Under the pieces are notes generated by a model. That model made no database searches. It was not told where the DNA came from and worked only from the letters and a program-made list of their open reading frames with translations. Positions 1 through 24,600 of a stretch of 64,000 bases of DNA are shown here, piece after piece. Position 1 is the stretch's first letter. Every line of letters begins with the position of its first letter. The position numbers and the translations under genes were made by a program. The stretch is from Catajapyx aquilonaris (lineage: Eukaryota): contig JYFJ02002020.1 in the NCBI GenBank assembly GCA_000934665.2, forward strand, positions 1 through 64,000, in the 5' to 3' direction.

Positions 1-218
1 GCGATCTCGAAAACGGCTGGGAAATTCGCGGTTTTGAGGATTTTTGGATATTGTAACCCGGTGGCAAGGAATCCAACGGCGGAAGTCCGACGTCTCTCCG
101 ACCTCGGGAAGTGGGAGATCTTTTCCATCCTATATCCTCCTCGGATTGGGGCTTTATATATATTAGATTTCATCCTATATCCTCCTCCTCGGCGTGGGGC
201 TTTATATATATTAGATTT
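1..218. repeat. Interspersed-repeat remnant ending in a duplicated ~45-bp unit (CATCCTATATCCTCCTC...GGGGCTTTATATATATTAGAT x2), in an intron of copy 1
   Basis: Two near-identical units at ~126-168 and ~171-218, preceded by GC-richer sequence unlike the surrounding introns. Family not determined. Confidence 0.45.
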
Positions 219-306
219 ATCTGCTGACAATGAAAAATAACAATATTGTCTCACTTTTATATAATTATGCAAAACCAGCTATACTGCAACACCTCGAGTA
301 CATTAA

Positions 307-3547
<3,241 letters not shown>

Positions 3548-3989
3548 AGACTGCGATTGGAACTAATACTCTAGCCTGATGTATTCTTGGCTGAGAGTGT
3601 ACTGGCTATAAGACGAGCTGTTTTCAATAAAAAGATCGACCAAGTCAATGCCTATTAATCATTTACAAAACGATTCAAATTAAAGAGGATGGGATGCATA
3701 TGAGTACAGTTACTTAGCTTGCACTTTCGCATTTTGTACCGGTCCATATGTTTAGGACCATTGGTGAAGAGAAATGACGTAAAAACGCAACAGATGCTGA
3801 GCCAATGCTGAGCCCATATATGAGAGTATTCAGCAGAGCCGCTTCGGCTCTTCAGCCTTGGAATCCAGCCGGGCTCTGAGAGACACCTATTGTACAGTAC
3901 TGCAAACAGTATAATACCTCCATAACCGTGCTCCATACTCTGTAGTAGGTTTCATCATGTGTGCAGATATTAGCATAGCATCAATCGTC

Positions 3990-9328
<5,339 letters not shown>

Positions 9329-10049
9329 GAGACTAAGTCAGTGGATAATCCTGTCCGTGGACTGGGCATCAAGAATATTATTATCCGCAGCAACAATAAC
9401 CTGTTGTTAAAAGTTGTGCATATTCTAGATCCAGACATAGCATATCCTAATATAAAATTATGAGGTATTTCTAACAAGAAATGTGTGTATTTATATCTTA
9501 TTGTGCGTCATAAATTGACAAAAATTGCCATATTTTACAGTATTTTATAGATGAATAAAATCATTGGATAGAAGGACAGTGAGAGGTGCTTTTATTCTCA
9601 TGTATTCTACATAATGCATCTTCAAGTTTGCTTCAAAAGGACTTTATTTTTCCATATAAGGCAATGGCCCATGTCGGTATCCCACCCCCCTAAGAGGGCC
9701 CATGGCTCTAGCACGGGGTACAAATTATTAAATTATTCACTGCTGCTTCGTTGGGTTTCTTTTGCCATAATTTATCTTCTCTTTGGCATGACCTAATTAA
9801 AATGCAGTGAAGGAAGGGAAAAAAGAACAAGTGGATTCGCTTTCATTATGTACGTACTGTATACCAGGAGATGCAATATTAAAAAGTATTGGTACCGTTA
9901 TTTATATGACAAAGTATTTCTAATAATCACAAGAGTGGATTTTGCCAACATACATGTGGTACTAACTTCAAAAATTAATTACATGCTAATATTAATCACT
10001 GCATCCATTATGATAATATGCCTGAGCCTGAGTGACTTCTGTCAGTAAC

Positions 10050-10194
10050 TGCCTTTGCGTTCCTTGACGCGAGAAGACAGGTATTAAGTGGGGGCATTTC
10101 TGAATATTGTTGGCACAGCATCACTTGTAAGCTTGCACTGATCTCGTGGGATGAGAATTTCCTTGCTGTCTATCACATGTGTAAAGTGCCGCTC
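10050..10194 (-). pseudogene. Degenerate THAP-domain (P-element-like transposase) fragment
   Basis: Minus strand translates as ERHFTHVIDSKEILIPRDQCKLTSDAVPTIFRNAPT*YLSSR, matching the THAP C-terminal HF...AVPTIF signature. Contains an in-frame stop. Confidence 0.6.
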
Positions 10195-10647
10195 AATCAT
10201 ATATTCCTAGGACATATAGAATTATATTAAAATTTAGTATGACAGAAATAATAATTTCGTAGATTTTCATTTAACCTCAAAGTGCTCTTCGCAATTAATG
10301 TAATCATTGCCCGCCAGGAGACGATCAGACCGTGGAATTTTCCGCCTCCAAAGCTCCAGTTTTTGGTGATCCCTGTTGTAAAATTTTCCATATCCGGTTT
10401 TACAACCGTATGCAAAACAGGTCCTAGCGGGGTCCTAGGCATGTTCCAATTACTCTTCGCACGTCGCGCCCTATACTGCCACGTCTAGCACTCCCCCCCG
10501 CGGTCCCCCGCGCGGCTGTTTACAGAGCCATCTGTCGGCGTGACGGATTTTTGTACCAAGCGATTTACATTAGGTGGCGGAACCTGGTGTAGAAGTAGCC
10601 TTGGTAGCATATACATTATGTGTGTTTTGGAATGCGTGTCATGGACA

Positions 10648-10719
10648 TCCGGTATGGTCTAGTGGTTAGGATACCCGGCTCTCACCCGGGAGGCCCGGGT
10701 TCGATTCCCGGTACCGGAA
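10648..10719 (+). tRNA. tRNA-Glu (anticodon CTC)
   Basis: TCCGGTA acceptor stem pairs with TACCGGA; D-loop AGTGG; anticodon arm CCCGG-CTCTCAC-CCGGG; T-loop GTTCGATTC; followed by a T6 Pol III terminator. Confidence 0.97.
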
Positions 10720-10823
10720 CTTTTTTGACATTTTTGTATTCAGGGGTGTAACGAGGAAGAGTTAAAGAATGCTCAGCGTAAGAGTTTTTCTTCCAATAAT
10801 AAATAATCGAAAGACTAATCATA

Positions 10824-11621
10824 AAATTATATCAAAAACTTTCCCTTCAGTAAAAAAAAGAGAAGTAAGACCTCCGCGGCGGAATAAAAGTACTGAAACA
10901 AGGCAGGCGCACGTAAGACCTTCACCAATTGATTTAAGCTGTACCATAGGTCTTACTCAAGCAATTTCATTCACTGCTCATGAAATCTCCTTTCTGAAAA
11001 CAAATTTGTGGAATTTCTGTCGTACTACTAGTTACTTCTAACTTCGCAGTACCAGTGTAGTGCAATGGTACTGCTAAGTTAGCAGTAACAACAGACATCT
11101 ATAGTTAATAGTAATAGTAGTACGACGAAAATTCCACCCATTAATTTTCCATGAGCCACTCCATATGAGTGTTTTATGAAACTAGGAACTTCAATATTAA
11201 GCACATTGAATTTCTATGCTATTAGTGCGAATTATTGCCATGAAACATTCATGCAGAATCGTCACCTCTTTTAGATGCTGATTTTAACTCTAACGTTTAA
11301 TTTTTCACATATAAACGTTAATTGGTGAATTTTAGAGGGTCGTTTTCGATTGGACCGAGTCTGTTAGAATGGGTTTAGTTTTTCCCCGATTTTTTTCTTT
11401 TCATAATAAAATCCTACGTATACTGCTCTGAGTAGTTTGCAGCAGTCATTTTACGAGCCGTTCCATACCGTACTTGAGAATTGCTTGAGTAAGACCTATG
11501 GTACAGCTTAAATCAATTGGTGAAGGTCTTACGTGCGCCTGCCTTGTTTCAGTACTTTTATTCCGCCGCGGAGGTCTTACTTCTCTTTTTTTTACTGAAG
11601 GGAAAGTTTTTGATATAATTT
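10824..11621. repeat. Pair of ~143-bp near-identical inverted repeats (10824-10966 and 11479-11621)
   Basis: The same peptide (IISKTFPSVKKREV...GLTQAI) appears in ORFs on opposite strands, and the DNA is reverse-complementary. Each unit has internal GTAAGACC/GGTCTTAC motifs. Confidence 0.9.
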
Positions 11622-11709
11622 CAGTTCTTTTTTGACAGTACACATAACTTATGCTCTACACTATACAGTCTGCACTATGAATGCATTGGAGACGATTTTC
11701 GTCGCTCAG

Positions 11710-12456
11710 AAGTCCCTAAAATGATTTTAACAGGGATAGTCGTAAAAAAACGAAAGTCGAGTGCTATACCAGCCAACGGTTAGTCTGATTTATTTATTAT
11801 GAAATAGCCTATACGCTAAAATATACGGAATATAGACATTGAGAACTGTACCAGACGAATTTGCTGAAATCGTGGTACTTTGCAAGAATTCAATCAATAC
11901 TTATCTGCGGCTTGCCTCCGTCACATCTGAAAACTCCCAACCGTACTTAATTTTCGCGAAATGCGACGATTTCAGCAAATGAGTTCGTCTGGCACGTTAC
12001 AATAAAATACGCAAGTACATGTCTGCAAAACCTGCGTAACGAACGGACAATATGTCTGTGTTTGCATGGAAATGCCCAGGACATGTATCTTTTCCAATTC
12101 CCGGACCCGCGGAAACCAAAACTAGGCAACTGTCACCAATGTCACTTACAACAATATTCGGGGTAACCCTTCAATTATTATCTACATTGAGAACCGTACC
12201 ACTAGTACCAGCCGAATTAACTGAAATCGTGGAACTTTCCAAGAATTAAATCAATACTATATGCGTGGCTTGCCTCTGTCACATCTGAAAACTCCCAAAC
12301 TTATTTAATTTTCAACGATTGCAGCAAATATTAGTCTGGCACATTTCTCAAGGTAGATATTCCGCATACTGTAACATAATTTCATAATTAAATCAGCTTA
12401 AGAGTTGGCCGGTATTACCTGGCGATGGCGATATAGCAGGGAGCGAACGGGGTTAA
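11710..12456. mobile_element. Non-autonomous piggyBac-like element remnant (end ...GCGAACGGGG-TTAA) with internal subrepeats
   Basis: Its terminus reverse-complements to TTAA-CCCCGTTCGCTCCCTGCTATA, similar to TTAA-CCCATTCGCTACCAGCTATA at 14116. Internal blocks (GAAGTCCCTAAA, TACGCTAAAATAT, GAATTTGCTGAAATC) are shared with 14270-14660. Confidence 0.55.
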
Positions 12457-12464
12457 TAGTAGTA

Positions 12465-12900
12465 CAGTTGAACCCGGATACAACAAACTTCAAGAGACTG
12501 CGGAAAAAGTCTGTTATAGCCGAGGTCTGTTATAGCCGAATCGTGCCGCAACGTAAACATAAAATTCTGCTTTCAATATGGCTCTATACTATGCACTATA
12601 CTAGACTACATACTGATTAATGAAATCTGTCACAAATGCAATATTGGCTCACCCGAAAATTATGCAGGACCAAAATATCCGGAATTTCCTTCTGCCGTCT
12701 CCTTTTTGCAAATTTTATACCTGGAAATCAATATTTTCCCACCGAGGGTCCAAGAAATGGTCTGTTATATACCCGAGGTGAGGTGAGAATGAGTATGTTA
12801 TATCAGGAGTGAAAGTACACAGTGCCTAATGGAAGCATGCCGGGACGGCCTTTATAACCAAGTCTGTTATACCCGAGGCTGTTATATCCGGATTCAACTG
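12465..12900. mobile_element. pogo/Tigger-like MITE with TA target duplication
   Basis: TIRs CAGTTGAACCCGGATACAAC ... GTTATATCCGGATTCAACTG, TA on both flanks, and subterminal CTGTTATA(G/C)CCGAG repeats. Confidence 0.8.
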
Positions 12901-13654
12901 TAATAATCTGTAATAAGTGCAATGAGTTCACACCAGCGCAGCGGCAGGGTAACATTTCGCTAATAACAATATGGCTAGTGGGTAAACAAGAATTGTAGTT
13001 TCTAGGTGATGGCATTATGAACAAATGAATTAATGACAGAAAAAATAAGGGGTAAAAAAAATCACAGCTCCAATCCTGTAGCAGTGGGAACTGTGATGTT
13101 TTGAACATAGATCCGCACCATCCCACTGCACCTTCGGCCCTTTGATGAAGAAACCAAATTCCGAATAGTTATTGGGCAAAAAAAATGAAAACGTATTTTT
13201 TGGTGGTTTTAAATTTTTTGCGGCTTTTTGAAGAGGAATTAAGTTAAAGTGTAAATGGTAGGAAATCAAGTCACGATGGTGGGGATCTGCGTTCAAAATT
13301 TGGAAGCTCTACCTACAGCAGAACTTGAGTTAGGGCGAATAAAAAAAGCGTAACAAGAAGAAGAACAAGAAGAAGAAGAAGTAGGAAAAATTCATTGTTG
13401 AAACATTGTTGAAATCTATGCTACGGTCTTACTTAAGGGCTATCGCCCTTAAAATACCATGTTGCCGGCAGGGCTAATACTCAGCGTGTAATTGTGTCGG
13501 GAATAAAGAAATACACATACGCGTATGATCAGCTTTCTGAGTACTTGGCCAATTAGAAAGCAATAGGCTATTGTTTTTTAAAAAAATGTGGCAGGACAAT
13601 CTTCGATCAGTTTCAAGTGATACCTCTCTTAATGAATTAATAAATAATAAAAAG

Positions 13655-13726
13655 TTCCGGTACCGGGAATCGAACCCGGGCCTCCCGGGTGAGAGCCGGG
13701 TATCCTAACCACTAGACAATACCGGA
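13655..13726 (-). tRNA. tRNA-Glu (CTC), variant with G9>T
   Basis: Reverse complement is identical to the other copies except position 9 (TCCGGTATTGTCT...). T5 terminator follows; the 5' flank resembles that of the 10648 copy. Confidence 0.93.
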
Positions 13727-14115
13727 TGCCCATGACACTCATTCCAAAACATAGATGTTATGTATGTATGTGCTGTGTATGTTATCAAGGAAAAGGATAA
13801 CTATAAGTCACATGTCTTAATATTTTGCATGTACCTCATAAATGCTAACTGCAACGTCTTCGTCATGGTAATTAATTGCAAATTTTCAATGGATTATAAT
13901 GATTTTATGTTTTGACTCGGATATTATAGTGAACTGCACACGAGACGATTGCTAAGGTCACATCCGATGACGCGGATATGTCACTGTCCCACCAGCACTC
14001 CACTGCAATCGCTATTCGCGATAAATCCCATGCCAACTGATGGCCCACATTAAAAGAAATTTATGATAATAACGATAACATTGGCACCACTTAAGAATCT
14101 CAAGGTCCTGACTTA

Positions 14116-14660
14116 TTAACCCATTCGCTACCAGCTATAGGCCAGAAACGCCTAGATTTTAGCTTACGCCTACTCTGAAGATAAGGACAAGATATTTTAC
14201 AAATAATAACAGCTATATTTACCCATCCATGGAAAACACTATGAATGTGTTGCGAATAATTTTACTACTCTAGAAGTCCCTAAATTAATTTCCAAAAAAA
14301 TGGCTATAAAAACTGGACATTATAGAGTACTACCGACCAAATTTTAGGCCGATTAATCATGAAATAGGCCTACGCTAAAATATGCGGAACAACGACCTTG
14401 ACAACGGTGACATATGAATTTGCTGAAATCTTTGTACTTTGTGAGAAATAAATTAATACTTTTTTGCGGATTTTTGACACTTCGGAAAACTCCCATATTG
14501 ATTTACTTCTCGCGAAGTGTCAAAAGCCGCAAATGAGTAATTTCTTTCTCGCAAAGTACGACGATTTCAGCAAATTCGTCTGGCAGGGTTCTCAAGGTTG
14601 TTGCGTATATTTTAGCGAATTTCATAATTAAATCAGCCGAACAATTGGGCGGTAATAAGG
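14116..14660. mobile_element. Second copy/remnant of the piggyBac-like family
   Basis: Begins TTAA-CCCATTCGCTACC, shares internal blocks with 11710-12456, and contains internal inverted segments. Confidence 0.5.
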
Positions 14661-15159
14661 CGGCCGCCGTATTTTCCTCCAGTGATGTATCTCATGACTG
14701 ACATTACGTCTGTAACGTACACCTGCTGGTAAATTAATACTTATATTGAATATTTACGAAGCAAAATTCAGGTGATCAACACATGTGGACCGATGCATAT
14801 TTTGTACATTTATCAAACTACTACAGGAAGTGTGAAATATCTGTTGAAGGTAATTAGCTGTATCAAGAATTCTTAAACGTCCTCTGCTACCACGTGCGTC
14901 GTGTCATGCTGTCATGTTAGCATAAGTGACAAATCATTCACCTGTCTCGTGACTATTAGGGCACTTCTTACGTAGGTAAATATTGTCAAGATTATAATCG
15001 GAATAAACTTGCAAAATTCCGCCTTCCTGATAAGTTTTTCATTGATAACTGAAACCTTTAAGTGACCTTTCCATAGGTGATAATGCACAAACTTCGCTAT
15101 CTTCCATTAGATAGGCTATATAGTAAAACACAACAGAGTGTCACGGATCAAGCCTCTAG

Positions 15160-20963
<5,804 letters not shown>

Positions 20964-21226
20964 AAACAGACTTGATGAAAATTCTATCAAAACCTGACGG
21001 ATCCAACACCTATTTTTTTAAACACTGAGCCTCGAAGTATTGTAATGTCCATTTCACTTACGGAATAAAATACAATAATTAACTATCTATCTCCACAACA
21101 CATTATTATTGTCACTAACTGCATGATAAGATGAACATTACAAGAGTTTTAATTACGATTGAAGGTTAATTACGACGGCTAACCTTGGCCATGAACTTTC
21201 CTATACCTTTCACATGCTAATCGAGA

Positions 21227-21474
21227 GCATTCAGAGAAGCACATGGAGCTATACTTCGATTCAGACAAACTGAGAAATAAAGTAACTATTTGAAAAGAAC
21301 ACATTCCGATTGTTCCGTATTGAAAAGACACAATGTATGACAATAGAGGCATTCAGAGAAGCACATGAAGCTATACTTCGATTCAGACAACTGAGAAATA
21401 AAGAAATAAAGATATTTCAAAGGAACACATTTTGATTGTTCCGCATTAAAAAGATTAAATGATTGACAATAGAG
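21227..21474 (+). repeat. Tandem direct duplication of a ~122-bp unit upstream of copy 4
   Basis: Units start GCATTCAGAGAAGCACATG at 21227 and 21349, and both end GACAATAGAG. Confidence 0.9.
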
Positions 21475-21612
21475 GCTACGTTCAGTTCTATTCTATGTAT
21501 TCAAGTTGTGAATACTAAATACCTGCGCATTTCTAAGAGAATAATAGTGGTTGGGCACGTGACTCAGAAATTTTCTGTAGATCCTTGCATGTAATTATCC
21601 ACTGGGGTTTAG

Positions 21613-21618
21613 TATAAA
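21613..21618 (+). promoter_or_regulatory. Putative TATA box of GH31 copy 4
   Basis: TATAAA starts 47 nt upstream of ATG 21660. The equivalent position before copy 5 reads TATAAC. Confidence 0.45.
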
Positions 21619-21659
21619 GCTGCCTGAAATCCTCTTCACTTCAGCAAGAGAAGCCCAGA

Positions 21660-24600
21660 ATGAAGCACATCATGGGTTCCTCTCACCTTCTCTTCATTGC
21701 TGCCTCTCATTTCATGGTAAGCTATGTTATACTATTTCGCATCACACTGTAATTTTAGATGTGGCATCTTCAGTCCAGAATATGACTTTGCTCTGGACTT
21801 GGTGTCATTTGGTACTATGGAAGTGTTGTACTGTATTACGGTATTCTCCTTATATGCATACAATCCGTAACGCAAAATACGATTGATAAATGCTTGCCAC
21901 TGCCTCAGGAGTGTAGTGATATTTGAGTGTTAAACCCGAGTTCCAGGGTAAGTAACTCCCAATATAATTAAGTATAATTACACACAGCATCGAGGGAATT
22001 GACATACAAGGAATAAGTTCCTCTGGTGTTGCAGATCGCTGTGAGTGGTAGTGGTAACCATTGCCCCGAAGTTCCGGAATGTTACCAGCCAACCACATGC
22101 GCGGCGATCAAGGAAGATGTAGATGTAAAAGACTGCTGTCCTTCATGCGTTTGCTCCTGGTGTCCTAAAAATGGGCCTCCAAACTGCGTCAATAAGCCAG
22201 ACCTCGAGTGCTCATCCAGCACCGTCGTCAATAAGGTGGACTGTCACCCTCACCCGGATGCCAATGAAAATAACTGTTATGAGCTGGGTTGCCACTGGTG
22301 TCCTAAAAAAGCACCGAAGTCAGTTCCCTGGTGCTTCTATCCCAAGAACAGCATATGCACCAGGGTCGATCCCAGTGACAGAATACAATGCGGTGATGAT
22401 GGAATTACGCAGGAGGAATGCCTACACATAAACGGCCACTACTGCCCTACCAATGTGAAGGGTGTTCCATGGTGCTTTCATGACCCTAAGAGCCCATGCG
22501 TCACTTATCCGGATGAGTTGAGACATGACTGCAAGCCAAACCAACCGACAAACCGGGCGGACTGCCTGTCATCCGGGTGTCACTGGTGTCCTAATCCTGA
22601 CAGACGTGATATTCCCTGGTGCTTTTTAGACCAAAGTGTCACGTTGCAACCGACATGCCTAGATATTGCTGATGATGAAAAGTTGGACTGCCACCCTGAT
22701 GAGAACGTTGAACAGCAGAGATGTGCCAGCAGATATTGCAATTGGTGTGCTGAGAGCGATACTGCTCCACCGTGTTACTATGACACGAGAGGTAAGAAGT
22801 AACTTACGTGATTCAAAGAGAGGGAAACTTATACATGCACTGTACTTTTCAGATTGGGATCATTTTCCTGATCAAAGGGAAAACTTCCGCGTAAACGGTC
22901 ATCCAGAACCCGGTGCAACAAGAGAGAAATGCCAGAGTAGAGGATTCATTTGGCAAGAAGGCAGCACTCCTAATGTTCCGCCGTGTTACATACCGGCCAC
23001 GCATGGCTACACAGCCGTAAATAAAGTTAAGAAACTCCGAACAGGATACAGCGTCAAGCTTCGAAGACATCCCTTCCCACCTCAGTGTGGCGGACACTGC
23101 CCAAATACCATACAAATGATTATCACTACAATTAGTAAATCACTGTTCAGCTTCAAAGTGAGTTGAGATTTAAGCTACTCTAAGATTACAAGAATATCAA
23201 TTTCAAAATGCACCCCATTTCAGATCTTTGATCCTGACAATGCTCGTTACGAAGTCCCTGTGGAGACTGTGACTGAAGAGATAGACGTAGACGAGCCTTC
23301 ATTAGAATATGAGTTTAAATTTTACCACAAACCATCATTCAGTGTCGTTGCCAAAAGAAAAAGTACAGGAAGTGTGCTGTGAGTGTCTCGTTTCAAGTTA
23401 TACATTTCATCCATGCATCTTTTATGAACTTACATAAATGCATTAATGTACTATACATGAATTCTTCTCTTTTTCAGATTGGACACTCGTGATGGAGGTT
23501 TAGTTTTTTGCAAGCAGTTCGTTCAGCTTCACACCCGCGTGGCTTCTGAACATGTGTATGGATTTGGACAGAATGATCATCCAACGTTTAGGCACGACAT
23601 GAATTGGGAGACCTTGCCCTTGTTGACCAGAGATGTATGTACAGAGTCGAAATTCACTAAACTCTACCACAATAACGAAATCGTTCATTTGCAGGGAACT
23701 AATGGCAATCTGAACGGTGGCCTTCCATTTTACACAGTAACGGAAACTGATGGCAAAACCAACGGGGTACTATTTTTAAACAGCAATGATCAAGGCAAGT
23801 ATTATTTAAGTAGTCGTTAACCTTTCACTGTCCTTATGGGTGTGTTCATCCAGAGGTCCAGTTGACGCCTGCACCAGGCTTGTCCTACCGCACGGCTGGT
23901 GGAATTCTAGAGTTCTTCATCTTCTGCGGTCCAACACCCAAAAAAGTACATCAGGAGCTCGCAAAAGTGAGTTCACGACATGTCTCACGAGTATGACCTT
24001 TATTAGGCTTAAATATTGAATGTCGACAATGTTATCTCTGTTTTCCAGCTTTTTGGTTTAACAAATTCCATGCCAGCACTTTGGTGTTTAGGTGTCCACT
24101 TCGGTCAAGATAGTCAGGATCTTCAAGCACTGAAAAAATCCATTGAAAGCAACCGAAACAACGGAATTCCTCAGGTAAAGCTTCAGAAATGAGGCTTTAT
24201 TTTGACTCCTACATTATGTTATTGTTACAGGATGTGGTCTTTAGAAAAAGTGCCATTCAAAGCAAAATGGCAGGTTACACATACGATGCGGAGAGTTACC
24301 AAGCCTCGCTCCAAGCACAGTCTGAATATGTCGAATATGCCAACGAACGAAAAGCAGAAGGACTAAAATTTGTGACCCCAGTGGTAAGCGATTGTGAAGA
24401 TGGCTCATATATTATAATATAAAGTTATTATATTATTTCAGGAATCGGTAATTTCAATCAGGCAGAATAATCAATACAATAATTATACAGCAAAAAGTTA
24501 CGATCCATTCAAGCATGGCTGTAAGCATGACGTCTGGATAAAAAGGCACGATGGCACAACAGCACTTGGAAAGGTAGACAATATTCAAATCAGTACCACA

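Noticed and set aside
10769..11643. Duplicated peptide IISKTFPSVKKREV... in two ORFs
   Set aside because: This is a by-product of the 143-bp inverted repeat; there is no evidence of coding function.
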